In this document: in pieces, positions 18,197 through 28,621 of the stretch
How the letters are laid out: each line of letters begins with the position of its first letter
How positions within the stretch are numbered: position 1 is the first letter of the stretch
Origin: an uncultured bacterium
GTDB lineage: Bacteria; Chloroflexota; Dormibacteria; Aeolococcales; Aeolococcaceae
Length of the DNA: 64,000 bases
Reading direction: 5' to 3'
Assembly (NCBI GenBank): GCA_963847225.1
Contig: CAWJYZ010000003.1
Location: 819,763 to 883,762, forward strand
Translations under genes and position numbers: made by a program
The notes under the pieces: model-generated
Database searches by the model: none
What the model saw: the letters and a program-made list of their open reading frames with translations, nothing else
Told to the model about the DNA's origin: nothing

Positions 18197-20407
18197 GTGA
18201 GCGGCTCGTCCTCGATCCGTAGCCCACCATCCCCAGCTCGCGAAGGGGGCGACGTGCCGCGCATCGAACCGGGCAGACGCAGGGCGGCCGCACGGCGCCC
18301 CACGCTGAGCGCCACCGCCGTGCGCCTCGGCATCGCCGCCGTCGTCGCGGCGGGCGTCCTCGCCTCCGCGCTGCTCATCGCGGCCGGCCGGGGTCTGGAC
18401 AGCCCGGCGCTCACCGTCTCGCTCACCGCGAGCATCGCCATCGGCGCCGCCGCCTGGGCCGAAGAGCGCCACCGGCGGCGCCGCCTCCAGCGCCTCTACG
18501 AATCCCGTGTCCTTCTCCAGGGAAGCTCCGGGACGCCGCTCTCCGTGCCCGCCCTCCTCGGCCGTCTCTGCCGCATCCTCCAGGGGAGATTCGCGGAGAT
18601 CGTGGTTCTCCCCGACGCCCTCGATCGCAGCGCGCTCGTCGTGCGCGTCCGGGGCGGAGAGATCGTGGAGAGCACACAGGTCCTCGACGAGGGCCTCCTC
18701 GACGATGTTTTCGCCGCCTGCGTGCCGGCGTCGCTCGGCATCCTCCTGGGCGCCGGGGTGGGCGACCGGGAGGGGGCCGCCATCCTGCAGCGCCGCGGCA
18801 TCAAGGATGCGGTGATGGCTGCGCTGACCGTCGAGGGCCGTGTTCTGGGCACCGTTGTCGTCGGCGACCGGATGGGGCAAGGGCGGACGTTCGCCGAGGA
18901 GGATCGCGCGCTTCTCGAGGCGCTCGCCGCCCAGATCGGTGTCACCGTCGAGCGGGTCCGTTTCGATGAGCGACTCAATCAGCAGGCCTTTCACGATTCG
19001 CTCACCGGTCTGGCCAACCGCAGCCTCTTCGCCGACCGCGTGGCCCATGCCCTGGATCGCAGGGTCGCGCCCGGGCGGCTGCGCGCCGCCGTCCTGTTCA
19101 TCGATCTCGACGACTTCAAGGTGGTCAACGACACCCTGGGACACCCCAGTGGTGACCGCCTGCTGCAGGCGGTGACGCAAAGGCTGCGCCGCGTCATCCG
19201 GCCCTTCGACACCGTCGCCCGGCTGGGTGGCGACGAGTTCGCCGTGCTCCTCGAGGACGTCGCCGGGGCGGAGGAGCCATGCGCCGTGGCCGCGCGCTTT
19301 CTCGAAGAGCTGATCGCTCCCGTCGACCTCCAGAGGTCGCCGGTGACCATCGGCGCGAGCATCGGCATCGCGCTCGCCGTCTCGGATACCGAGACCCCGG
19401 ATGACCTCCTGCGCCAGGCCGACGTCGCCATGTACCGCGCCAAGGAACGCGGCAAGGCAACGGTGGAGGTCTTCGAGCCGAGCATGCAGAGCGCGCTGGA
19501 ACGGCGCATCCAGGTGAAGGGTGAGCTGGAGCAGGCTCTCCACGCCGGCGAGCTGATCGTCGAGTACCAGCCCATCATCGCCCTGGGGAGCGGCCGGATC
19601 ATCGGCGTCGAAGCTCTGGCCCGGTGGGACAGCCCGCGCCGGGGCCGGGTGGCCCCGGACGACTTCATTCCCGCTGCCGAGGCCAGCGGTCTCATCATCG
19701 AGGTGGGAGATCTGGTCCTGCGCACGGCCTGCGCGCAGAGGCAGGGCTGGGCGGCTGAGCACGCCAGTCACGACCTCGCCCTCAGTGTGAATCTCTCGCC
19801 TCGACAGCTTCTCCATCCTGGTTTCGCAGACGCCGTGGCGGCGGTGCTCCGCGAGACGGGAGTGCCTCCCGCACGGCTCACTCTGGAGATCACTGAGGGG
19901 CTGTTCGTCGACAAGACGCCGGCGACGCTCAGACAGTTGAAGGGACTCAAGGATCTCGGCGTCCGCCTCGCCATCGACGACTTCGGAACCGGGTTCGCCT
20001 CGCTGGCGGAGCTGAAGGATCTCCCCGTCGACGCCCTCAAGATCCCCAAGTCATTCATCGACAGGGTGGCCACCGATCCCCGCGAGCGAGCCTTCCTCGC
20101 CGGCATCATCGGGCTGGGGCGCACTCTCGACCTGCGCCTCGCCGCGGTCGGCGTGGAGAGGGAGGAGCAGAGCGCGGAGCTGAAGCTTCTCCGCTGCGAC
20201 GAGGTCCAAGGTTTCCATTACGCCGCGCCGCTCAGCGCCGAGGGGATCTCGGCCCTTCTCGCGGAGCAGGAGAGCGGGGGAGGGGCTGGCAGGACAGCGC
20301 TGCCGCCTTCGGCCTCCGGCTCCGCCTCCGCCGTGGCAGCACCGTCCCGCCTCGCGGGGCGGCCCCGGTCACCGGCATCTGATGGAGCCGTCTCCGGTGC
20401 CACATGA
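18197..20407 (+). CDS. Membrane-anchored GAF-GGDEF-EAL protein
   Basis: 2 TM segments, GAF, HDSLTGLANR, GGDEF, EAL and DDFGTG. Confidence 0.93.
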   Translation: MSGSSSIRSPPSPAREGGDVPRIEPGRRRAAARRPTLSATAVRLGIAAVVAAGVLASALLIAAGRGLDSPALTVSLTASIAIGAAAWAEERHRRRRLQRLYESRVLLQGSSGTPLSVPALLGRLCRILQGRFAEIVVLPDALDRSALVVRVRGGEIVESTQVLDEGLLDDVFAACVPASLGILLGAGVGDREGAAILQRRGIKDAVMAALTVEGRVLGTVVVGDRMGQGRTFAEEDRALLEALAAQIGVTVERVRFDERLNQQAFHDSLTGLANRSLFADRVAHALDRRVAPGRLRAAVLFIDLDDFKVVNDTLGHPSGDRLLQAVTQRLRRVIRPFDTVARLGGDEFAVLLEDVAGAEEPCAVAARFLEELIAPVDLQRSPVTIGASIGIALAVSDTETPDDLLRQADVAMYRAKERGKATVEVFEPSMQSALERRIQVKGELEQALHAGELIVEYQPIIALGSGRIIGVEALARWDSPRRGRVAPDDFIPAAEASGLIIEVGDLVLRTACAQRQGWAAEHASHDLALSVNLSPRQLLHPGFADAVAAVLRETGVPPARLTLEITEGLFVDKTPATLRQLKGLKDLGVRLAIDDFGTGFASLAELKDLPVDALKIPKSFIDRVATDPRERAFLAGIIGLGRTLDLRLAAVGVEREEQSAELKLLRCDEVQGFHYAAPLSAEGISALLAEQESGGGAGRTALPPSASGSASAVAAPSRLAGRPRSPASDGAVSGAT

Positions 20408-20450
20408 GAGCGCCGAAGCTCGAGAGTGGCGCGCCGCCCACGGGGTTGGG

Positions 20451-20600
20451 TCAGCCGCTGTGGAGCCCCGCCAGCTCCCGGTGGGCATCCTCCCTGGTCC
20501 GCTCATCCGCGGGGGCGCCGACCAGCGGTCCGCGGGCGTAGAGGCCGAGGATGCCTTCCTCCAACCAGATGAAGCGGTCGTCGAGCACCTGCTGGGCCAT
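20451..20600 (-). CDS. Small 49-aa protein or gene remnant (MAQQVLDDRFIWLEEGILGLY...)
   Basis: ATG-TGA ORF with host-like GC3 codon bias, directly downstream of the DUF6295-like gene. Confidence 0.4.
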   Translation of the reverse strand: MAQQVLDDRFIWLEEGILGLYARGPLVGAPADERTREDAHRELAGLHSG

Positions 20601-20629
20601 CCGCTAGCGCTGACCATCGGCGTTGTGGC

Positions 20630-20923
20630 TCAGCTCATGGAAGAGGCGCTCGATGCGCTGCCGGGCGCTGATGCAGAAGAGATCGGCGAGAGCGAGGCGA
20701 GGATGGCGCCGGCGAGGGCCCGCGCTGATGCGGCGGAGAGCTCGACGGCGATCCGTGCCGATGGGCCGGCCTGGGGGTTGTTGAAGTCGATGTTCAGGGT
20801 GTGCTCGGCCGCGGTGTGCTGCGGGTGATCGAAATACACGTTGGCCTCGGTGAGGCGGAACCAGGCGACCGTCCCCTTCCCGCTGCCCGAGACGCGCAGG
20901 CGCTCGGTGCGGTACGTGCACAT
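20630..20923 (-). CDS. DUF6295-like protein
   Basis: MCT...GSGKG...W...DHP.H...EH.LNIDF...RIAVEL pattern. Confidence 0.75.
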   Translation of the reverse strand: MCTYRTERLRVSGSGKGTVAWFRLTEANVYFDHPQHTAAEHTLNIDFNNPQAGPSARIAVELSAASARALAGAILASLSPISSASAPGSASSASSMS

Positions 20924-20928
20924 GGCGC

Positions 20929-21684
20929 TCAGCCCTCGAGGTGCCGGCCGAAGAATCGCCAGATCTCCGCCCATCCCTGCTGCGCCGCGTCGAGGCGGTA
21001 GCTGGGACGGTCGACGGCGAAGAAGGCATGGCCGGCACCGTCGTAGGTGTGGAATTCATGCTCCTTGCCGAGACGGGTGAGCTCAGCGTCGAGCTCGCGC
21101 ACGTGGTCAGGAGAGGGGAAGCGATCCTCGGCGCCAAAGAGACCGAGCACGGGACAGGAGAGCGTCCCGGCGATGCCCAGAAGGGGGGTCACCTTGGTCG
21201 GCGCCTCCGCAGGCGGTGTGCCGACGATGAACGCGCCGTAGCAGACGACGCAGGCATCGAGCTCCAGCCGGCAGGCGGCGAGAAACGACTGCCGTCCCCC
21301 GGAGCAGTACCCGATCACCCCGACCTTTCCGTTGCAGGTGGCGAGCCCCCGAAGATGGCGGGCCGCGGCGTCGACATCCCCGACCAGCCGGTCGTCGGGA
21401 ACTCCACCGGCGGCGCGGGCGGCGGCGGCCGCGTCCTCCCAGGTTGCCGTGCCCGCGCCCTCGCGGAAGTGGAGATTGGGGCACATGGCCGCGTAGCCAT
21501 GGGCCGCGAAGCGGCGCACGATCTCCTTGGTGGCGGGATCGAACCCGGGCATGTGGTGGATCACCACGACGCCGCCGACGGGCCCTTCACCCATCGGTTG
21601 GGCAAGGTAGGCCTCGATCTCGTCGTCTCCGTGGCCCCGGATCCGGATCGGCTCAGCAGTCAGGGCATCGGCGACGTGCCTCAT
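20929..21684 (-). CDS. Dienelactone hydrolase family protein
   Basis: GYCSGG nucleophile motif, D..P and GHAF; RBS GGAGGA. Confidence 0.92.
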   Translation of the reverse strand: MRHVADALTAEPIRIRGHGDDEIEAYLAQPMGEGPVGGVVVIHHMPGFDPATKEIVRRFAAHGYAAMCPNLHFREGAGTATWEDAAAAARAAGGVPDDRLVGDVDAAARHLRGLATCNGKVGVIGYCSGGRQSFLAACRLELDACVVCYGAFIVGTPPAEAPTKVTPLLGIAGTLSCPVLGLFGAEDRFPSPDHVRELDAELTRLGKEHEFHTYDGAGHAFFAVDRPSYRLDAAQQGWAEIWRFFGRHLEG

Positions 21685-21736
21685 GCGAATCCTCCATTGG
21701 TGCGGGGGCGCGATCCGCCACTCTTCAGCGCCAGGT

Positions 21737-22192
21737 TCAGGGAGAAGGATGGGCCTTCCGGCAGTCAGAGCAGGTGCCGACGAGCTCGAAGCGGTGGTCG
21801 CCGACCAGGAAGCTATCGCCGGCGGCGGCATCGATGGCCTCGCGGAGCGCCCTCTCGAGACGCGGCGAGGGGGTGATGTCGCTCACCCGTCCGCAGACTT
21901 CGCAGATGAGGTGGTGATGATGGCCGGAGAGATCCTCGGCGAGCTCGAAGCGACCGTGGTCACCGCTTCCCGTCAGGCGGCGTACCGCCCCCGCCTCGGC
22001 AAGGGCGGCGAGGGTTCGGTAGGCGGTGCTCTGGGAGAGCCCGGGGTTGCCGCCCAGGATCTCCGGCATGGTGAGGGGCCGGCCGGCGCCGCCGAGAGTG
22101 TCGACAACCTGCCGGCGCTGCGTCGTGTAGCGCTGGCCGCAGCGCCCCAGGAGCAATGCGACCTCGCGGTGGACGGTGGCGTCGGCGGTCAT
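21737..22192 (-). CDS. zur: Fur-family regulator, probably Zur
   Basis: STAYRTL, HHHHLICEVC and CSDC; divergent from the metal ABC transporter. Confidence 0.85.
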   Translation of the reverse strand: MTADATVHREVALLLGRCGQRYTTQRRQVVDTLGGAGRPLTMPEILGGNPGLSQSTAYRTLAALAEAGAVRRLTGSGDHGRFELAEDLSGHHHHLICEVCGRVSDITPSPRLERALREAIDAAAGDSFLVGDHRFELVGTCSDCRKAHPSP

Positions 22193-22364
22193 GGGACGGC
22201 GGTCGCCGCCGAGAGCGCCGGCCCGGCCACCCGCCCCGGGCCCCGGGAGGGGGCGGGCCGTGGGGGAAGCTCCGCTACGACTGCGCCGTTCACGGGACTC
22301 AGCGTACTCGGTCGGCTGGGCTTCGCCCGAGATCACGGAGGTGGGGGGGTGGGCAGCTTGCATG

Positions 22365-22379
22365 TGAGAATGATTCTCA
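22365..22379. promoter_or_regulatory. Zur/Fur box
   Basis: Perfect 7-1-7 palindrome TGAGAAT-G-ATTCTCA just upstream of the metal-binding protein gene. Confidence 0.85.
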
Positions 22380-22388
22380 TTATTATAG

Positions 22389-23351
22389 GTGGTGATGAAC
22401 CGAAACGCACGACCGACAGGGCGGTTTGGCCTCCTCGGAAGTTGGGCCGCGGTTGGCCTCGGAGCGGCGTTCCTCGCGGCTTCGGGCGGCCTGTCCGCGG
22501 GCTGTGGCGCCGACGCCAGGACGTCGGGCATCCGGGCGGTGGCCGCGGAGAACGAGTACGCGGACGTCGTCGCCCAGATCGGCGGGGGGTACGTGTCCGT
22601 GACCCCGATCGAGACCAACCCCAACGCCGACCCGCACAGCTTCGAGGCGAGCGCGTCGGTCGCCCGCAGCCTGGCCAGCGCCCAGCTCGTGGTCCAGAAC
22701 GGGCTGGGTTACGACTCCTGGATGAACCAGATCGAGGCTGCCAACCCGAGCTCCAGCCGGAGGATCGTGGATGTCCAGAAGGTCCTTGGCCTTGCCCCCG
22801 GCACCCCGAACCCCCACCTCTGGTACGACCCCGGGACCATGCCGAAGGTGGCCGCTGCCGTCGCCTCCGACTTGGCCGTGCTCGTCCCCGCCCACACCGG
22901 CCGCTTCCGCGCCAACCTCAGCACCTTCGACGCTTCGCTGGGCGGCTGGCGGTCGGCGATCGCGAACCTGAAGTCGAGCTTCGCGGGCAGCGCCGTGGCC
23001 GTCACGGAGCCGGTTGCCGATGACCTCATCAGGGCGGCGGAACTCGTCAACGTCACTCCCTGGGCGTTCCAGGCGGATGTCATGAATGGTGTCGACCCCT
23101 CGGCGCAGGACGTGAGCGCCCTCGAGGCGGCGCTCAGCGGTCATCGCGTCAGGGCCCTCCTCTACAACCGGCAGGTCACAGACTCGCTCACCCAGTCACT
23201 TCTCCAACTCGCCGGCCAGCACGGGGTCCCGGTGGTCGCCGTCTACGAGACCATGCCGGCGCCCGGATATCACTATCAGTCGTGGATGGTGGCCGAAACG
23301 CAGGCGATCCAACGCGCTCTCGCCAACGGGCGCTCGACGACACGGCTGTGA
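22389..23351 (+). CDS. znuA: Zn/Mn ABC transporter substrate-binding lipoprotein
   Basis: DPHSFE and NPHLWY; cluster A-I SBP motifs. Confidence 0.88.
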   Translation: MVMNRNARPTGRFGLLGSWAAVGLGAAFLAASGGLSAGCGADARTSGIRAVAAENEYADVVAQIGGGYVSVTPIETNPNADPHSFEASASVARSLASAQLVVQNGLGYDSWMNQIEAANPSSSRRIVDVQKVLGLAPGTPNPHLWYDPGTMPKVAAAVASDLAVLVPAHTGRFRANLSTFDASLGGWRSAIANLKSSFAGSAVAVTEPVADDLIRAAELVNVTPWAFQADVMNGVDPSAQDVSALEAALSGHRVRALLYNRQVTDSLTQSLLQLAGQHGVPVVAVYETMPAPGYHYQSWMVAETQAIQRALANGRSTTRL

Positions 23352-24223
23352 GCGCGCTCCGTCCCAGCGAGGCGGTGGAGCGGGACTCCGCATCGGCGAC
23401 GCAACCGGTCCTCGCCGCCGAGAGCGTCACCGTCTCCCTCTCCGGCCGCCGCGTCCTCGACCGGGTGAGCTTCACGCTCGGTGCCGGTGAGCTGACCGGC
23501 CTCATCGGCTCCAACGGCGCGGGCAAGACAACCCTCTTCCGGGCCATCCTCGGTCTTCAGGCGGTGGGGGAGGGACGCATCGTGATCGAGGGCCGCCCGT
23601 GTGCCCGAGGGGGAGCGAGGATCGGCTACGTCCCCCAGAAGATCTCGCTCGACCCCGACATACCGCTCCGGGCCCGGGACGTGGTGGCGCTCGGCATCGA
23701 CGGTCATCGTCTCGGCTTCAGTCTCGGAGGCCGGCGGCGCAGCGCCGTCGTCGATGCCACGCTGCGGGCGGTGGGCGGCGAGCGCTTCGCCAACTCCCGG
23801 GTCGGGACACTCTCCGGCGGCGAGCAGCAGCGCGTTCTCATCGCCCATGCGCTGGCGAGCAGTCCCTGTCTCCTCCTCCTCGACGAGCCGCTCGCCAACC
23901 TGGACATCCGCGCCGAGCGTGAGGTTGCCGCGCTCCTCGGGCGCATCGCGCACGAGCAGGGGGTAGCGGTCCTCATCTCCGCCCATGACATGAATCCGCT
24001 GCTCCCAGTGATGGATCGCATCGTGTACCTGGCCGGCGGACGCGCGGCCAGCGGAACGACCGACGAGGTGGTCCGTCCTGAGGTGCTGAGCCCCCTCTAT
24101 GGTCAGCACGTCGACGTCCTCCATGTCCACGATCGCATCCTCGTCGTCGCCGGAGCCGACGAGAGCCTGCCGGCGCTCGCCCGCGCCGCCGGCGTCGAGC
24201 CAGGAGCGGTGCGCGCGCGGTGA
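23348..24223 (+). CDS. znuC: Zn/Mn ABC transporter ATPase
   Basis: GSNGAGKT, GYVPQ, LSGGEQQR and LLLDEP. Confidence 0.9.
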   Translation: MSALRPSEAVERDSASATQPVLAAESVTVSLSGRRVLDRVSFTLGAGELTGLIGSNGAGKTTLFRAILGLQAVGEGRIVIEGRPCARGGARIGYVPQKISLDPDIPLRARDVVALGIDGHRLGFSLGGRRRSAVVDATLRAVGGERFANSRVGTLSGGEQQRVLIAHALASSPCLLLLDEPLANLDIRAEREVAALLGRIAHEQGVAVLISAHDMNPLLPVMDRIVYLAGGRAASGTTDEVVRPEVLSPLYGQHVDVLHVHDRILVVAGADESLPALARAAGVEPGAVRAR

Positions 24224-25122
24224 GATCACTGCTCGGTCTGGTCGTCGCCCCCGGCTTCCTCGCCAACTCATCGGTGCGGACCGCGCTCCTGGCGGGGGCC
24301 GTCGCCGCGCTCGTCGCCGGGGCGGTTGGCATCTTCACCGTGATCCGCGGAGAGGCGTTCGCCGGCCATGCCACCGGCGAGGTGGCGTCGACGGGCGGCT
24401 CCGCGGCGGTGTTCGGGGGCATCGATCCCCTGTTCGGCTACCTCGGGATTGCCGTCGCCGTTGGCGCGGCCATCGAAGCCATCGGCGTGCAGCGGGTCCG
24501 GGCTCGCGACCTCGCCACCGGGCTGGTCCTCGGCGCGGGCCTCGGTGTCGCGGCGCTCTTCCTCTACCTCGACGCCACGAACTCGAGCGCGACCGGCACG
24601 ACGGCGACGATTCTCTTCGGTTCTCTCTTTGCCGTCAGCGCCTCCGAGCTGCCCACCATCCTCGGCCTCGGGGTGGCCGCCCTCGCCATCCTCGTCGCCG
24701 GCTACCGCATGCTTCTCCTCAGCGCCCTGAGCCCCGAGCTCGCGGCGGCGCGTGGCGTGCGAGTCCGGCTGGTGAGCCTCGCCTACCTCGTCGCTCTGGC
24801 TGCCGCGGTCTCGCTTGCGGCCGAAACGGTCGGTGCCATCCTGGCCACCGCCCTGCTCATCGGACCCCCGGCCGCGGCTCTTCGCGTCACCAACCGACCG
24901 TTCCTCGCGGTGGCCATCGCGGCCCTCATCGGGATCGTCTCCGTGTGGCTCGGCATCCTCCTGGCCTACGACAGCTATTACTGGCCGCCGCTGGGGAAGA
25001 GCTGGCCGCCCAGCTTCTTCATCGTCGCCCTCGTCTTCGCCTTCAATGTCGGCAGCGCGGGGATGGCCAGGCTGTGGGGCCGTGCCGCGCGCCGGCTGCT
25101 GGGGGAGGTGGTGCCGGGATGA
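24220..25122 (+). CDS. znuB: Metal ABC transporter permease
   Basis: Hydrophobic ABC-3 family pattern (R..AFAGHA, ILFG, VG.IL). Confidence 0.88.
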   Translation: MRSLLGLVVAPGFLANSSVRTALLAGAVAALVAGAVGIFTVIRGEAFAGHATGEVASTGGSAAVFGGIDPLFGYLGIAVAVGAAIEAIGVQRVRARDLATGLVLGAGLGVAALFLYLDATNSSATGTTATILFGSLFAVSASELPTILGLGVAALAILVAGYRMLLLSALSPELAAARGVRVRLVSLAYLVALAAAVSLAAETVGAILATALLIGPPAAALRVTNRPFLAVAIAALIGIVSVWLGILLAYDSYYWPPLGKSWPPSFFIVALVFAFNVGSAGMARLWGRAARRLLGEVVPG

Positions 25123-25964
25123 CGGCGACGACCTGGGTCGCCGCCAGCATCGTCGCCGTCGTGGCTGGGATGGTCGGCTTCTTCATCGTGCTGCGCGGGT
25201 CGGCCTTCGTCGCTCACGCCATCCCCCACGGCTCCTTCGGGGGCGCCGCCGGTGCCGCGCTGCTCGCCGGCGTCGACGGCACCATCCTCGGCGTCAACGC
25301 CACCATCGTCGGCCTCTTCGTGTTCGCTGTCGCGGGAGCGGTCGGCATCGGCTGGCTGGGGCGGCGCAGCCGCCATGACGTCGCCACCGCGCTGACCCTG
25401 GTCCTCATGCTGGGCATCGGCGCGCTCTTCCTCTCCTGGAGCTCGCAGTACGAGGAGGCGGTCTACTCGCTCCTCTTCGGGGAGGTCTTCGGGGTGGCGG
25501 CCGGCGCTCTCCTTCCCATCGCCATCCTCGGTGCCCTGAGCGTTGCAGCGATGGCCGTCGTCTTCCGCCCCCTCCTCCTCAGCTCGCTGGCACCCGAGGT
25601 GGCGCAGGCCCGCGGCATCCGCCTCGCCGTGGTGGAGACGGCCTTTCTCCTCGTCGTGGCCCTGGCGACGACGATGACCGTGCCAGTGGTGGGGGCGCTC
25701 CTCATGTTTAGTCTGATGGTGGGGCCGCCGGCCGCAGCACGCTTCGTGACGGCCCGTCCGCAGGTCGCGGTGCTCGTCTCCGCGGGCATCGCGCTCGTTC
25801 TCGTGTGGGCGGGGTTGCTCCTCGCCGACCTCACCAACTGGCCGCTCGGCCTCTTCGTCGGTGTCGGCGGAGCCGCCTGCTACGTGGCCGGTCGGGTGTG
25901 GGTGGCCAGGCCATGGCCGAAGCCCCGAGCCTCAGCTGCCTTGGGCGCGCCTTCCTTGGGGTAG
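25119..25964 (+). CDS. Second metal ABC transporter permease
   Basis: RGSAFVAHAIPH, LLFGEV and VVGALL; ATGA overlap with the previous gene. Confidence 0.88.
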   Translation: MTATTWVAASIVAVVAGMVGFFIVLRGSAFVAHAIPHGSFGGAAGAALLAGVDGTILGVNATIVGLFVFAVAGAVGIGWLGRRSRHDVATALTLVLMLGIGALFLSWSSQYEEAVYSLLFGEVFGVAAGALLPIAILGALSVAAMAVVFRPLLLSSLAPEVAQARGIRLAVVETAFLLVVALATTMTVPVVGALLMFSLMVGPPAAARFVTARPQVAVLVSAGIALVLVWAGLLLADLTNWPLGLFVGVGGAACYVAGRVWVARPWPKPRASAALGAPSLG

Positions 25965-25982
25965 GCGCGCACCGTCGGGCGC

Positions 25983-26084
25983 GCCGAAGGGGGCGTGAGC
26001 CCCCTTGCGCCGAAGGGGGCGTGAGCCCCCTTGTGCCGAAGGGGGCGTGAGCCCCCTTGTGCCGAAGGGGGCGAGGCCCCCCTA
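25983..26084. repeat. Tandem 26-bp hairpin repeats (3 full plus 1 degenerate)
   Basis: GCCGAAGGGGGC-GTGA-GCCCCCTTGY at 25983, 26009 and 26035; degenerate copy at 26061. Confidence 0.92.
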
Positions 26085-26810
26085 GAAGAGGGCGGAGGCC
26101 AGTTCCGCGCGCAGCGGTGCGAGGCCGGGATCCGCGGCGATGGCCCCGACCACGACGCGGCGCAGCTGCGATCGCTGCGGTTCGCCGTGCTCCCGGAGGG
26201 CGGCGATGAGCTGACGGACGCCGCCCGCGTTGTGGCCGTCACGGAGGAGAGTGGTGAGCCGAGGGTCGCTGCCGCGCAGGAGCTCGATGCGGGCCACCAT
26301 GCCGTCGCTCACCGGATCCTGGGGAGCTTCGGCGAGGACGTTCGCCGCCTCATCGAGGCGCTGCGTCGCCACGAGCATCGAGCCGAGAGCGCGGCGGGCG
26401 AGCAGATTGTCGGGCTCCCGATCCAGCAGGGCGCGCAGGCCGCTCTCGTCGCCGGGGAGGTCGGCGGGGGGAGAGGGGGGTGCCAGGCCCTCCAGGAAGC
26501 GCTCCACCTGCGTGCGGGGTTGGAGCCCGAGGAACTCGGCGGCGACCTGCCCGTCGCGGAAGCCCTTCACCGCGGGGATGCCGCGGATGCCGAAGCGCTG
26601 GGCTGTGACGGGGTTGGCGTCGACGTCGAGCTTGGCCAGGGTGACCCCGCCGTGGCGCCGCACCGCCTCCTCGAGGATCGGGCCGAGGCTGCGGCATGGT
26701 CCGCACCAGGCCGCCCAGAAGTCGACCACCACCGGGCGCTGGTGCGACGCGGCCACCACCTCACGATCAAAGCTACTGTCGGTGACATCGATCAGCGTTG
26801 CCACGCTCAT
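26082..26810 (-). CDS. Thioredoxin-TPR co-chaperone (CnoX/YbbN-like)
   Basis: DFWAAWCGPC plus helical C-terminus ending LASALF. Confidence 0.88.
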   Translation of the reverse strand: MSVATLIDVTDSSFDREVVAASHQRPVVVDFWAAWCGPCRSLGPILEEAVRRHGGVTLAKLDVDANPVTAQRFGIRGIPAVKGFRDGQVAAEFLGLQPRTQVERFLEGLAPPSPPADLPGDESGLRALLDREPDNLLARRALGSMLVATQRLDEAANVLAEAPQDPVSDGMVARIELLRGSDPRLTTLLRDGHNAGGVRQLIAALREHGEPQRSQLRRVVVGAIAADPGLAPLRAELASALF

Positions 26811-26838
26811 CGGCCGATTGTCGCAGAGGGGCGGCGGA

Positions 26839-28621
26839 TCACCGATCGAGGGCGGCAACGTTCTCTGCGACCTCGGGCTCGACCTCCGCGGCCGGCACCG
26901 GCCCCATTCCGCCCGGGTCGACGTAGCGTCCTCCCCGGCTCCAGGATGCCGCGGCGGCGATGAGGCAGCCGGCGAGCGAGAAGTCGAAGGCGACGTGGAG
27001 GCCGGCGCCGAAGGGTCCGCTGATGAGACTGGGGAAGAAGCTCCGGCTGGTGATGGTGTGCACCGTGGTGGGGGAGAGGACGCCGAGGGCGCCGGATTGG
27101 TACAGATGTCCCAGCGTGTTGTAGCCGAGGAAGGCGGCGAAGAGGGAGTTGACGGGGGGCAGTTGCGCCGCTCGGTGAGCGGCCGCCGCAGGCACGCCGG
27201 CGTGAACCAATCCGTGCTCCATCGCACCGGGCAGGCTGCCGGACAGACCGATGATGACGAGGGTGAAGAAGATGCCGATGCTCAGCACCTGGGCGGAGTT
27301 CTGGAAGGTGGCGTTCATCCCCGCTCCCGCCCCCCGGTGCCGGGCCGGCAGGCTGTTCATGACCCCGGCGCGGTTGGGGGCGGCGAAAGCCCCCATGGAG
27401 AGTCCGTTCATGAACAGGATGAGCGCGAACTGCCAGTACGGGAAGTCGAGGGGAAGGAGCTCGAGGAGGGCGAAGCTGACCGCCGCGCCGATCATCCCGC
27501 CGGTCGCAAAGGGGCGCGACCCGAAGCGATCGCTGAGGATGCCGGAGAGAGGACCGGCGAGGAGGAAGCCGCCGGTGAGAGGGAGCATGGCGATGCCCGC
27601 CCAGAGCGGCGTGGAGGCGAAGCTGTAGCCGTGCTCGGGCAGCCAGATGCCCTGCAGCCAGATGACGAGCATGAACATGAGGCCGCCCCGAGCCACCGCC
27701 GAGAGGAAGCTGGAGAGCACGCCGGCGGTGAAGGCACGGATGCGGAAGAGCGCGAGGCGGAACATCGGCTCGGCAACGCGTGTCTCGATGAGCGCGAAGG
27801 CCAGGAGGAGGGCCACCCCGGCGGCCAGCTCGCCGTCCACGACGAGACTGGTCCAGCCCATGCTGCTCCGGCCCGCGGGCTGGATGCCGTAGGTGATGCC
27901 GATCATCACCAGCACGAGCCCCACCGCGAAGGTGATGTTGCCCGCCCAGTCGATACGCGCGCGATGGGGGATGCTGATCTCGTGAAGCATGAAGTACGCC
28001 CAGAGCGTTCCCGCCAGGCCGAAGGGGACGGAGACGAGGAACACGAGGCGCCAGTCGATGGGGCCGAGCACGCCGCCCAGGACGAGGCCGATGAACGAGC
28101 CGCTGATGCCGGCGACGTTGTTGATACCGAGGGCCAGGCCGCGCTGGTTGGTGGGGAAGGCGTCGGTCAGGATAGCCGCGGAGTTGGCCACGATGAAGGC
28201 TGCGCCCACGCCCTGCACAACGCGCATGAGAACAAGGTAGATGGCGCCTGCCGGGCCGACCATCCAGGTGACGGTGAGGAGGAGCGATGACACGGTGTAG
28301 ACAGCGAAGCCCAGGTTGTACATGCGCACTCGCCCGTGCAGGTCTCCGAGCCGGCCGAGGCTCACCACGAGCACGCTGCTCACCACCAGGAAGCTGAGGA
28401 TCATCCAGAGCAGGTAGAAGCTGTTGCCCGGCTGCAGCGGATCGAGGTTGATGCCCCGGAAGATGTCGGGCAGGGCGATCAGCATGATCGTCGAGTTCGA
28501 TCGTCGCCATCACGACACCGAGGGTGGTGTTGGCGAGCGCCACCCACTTGTACCGGCTCGGATGCGGCCCCGGCTCCGTGGCCGGAGTGGGGTGGGCGCG
28601 GGCGGGCGATCCGGAGGGCAT
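26839..28621 (-). CDS. DHA2-type MFS transporter (frameshift near 28497)
   Basis: YKWVALANTTLG N-terminus in one frame; GRLGDLHGR motif A and 14-TM body in another. Confidence 0.85.

Noticed and set aside
25983-26084. CRISPR array
   Set aside because: Units are contiguous with no unique spacers, and there are no cas genes in the window.
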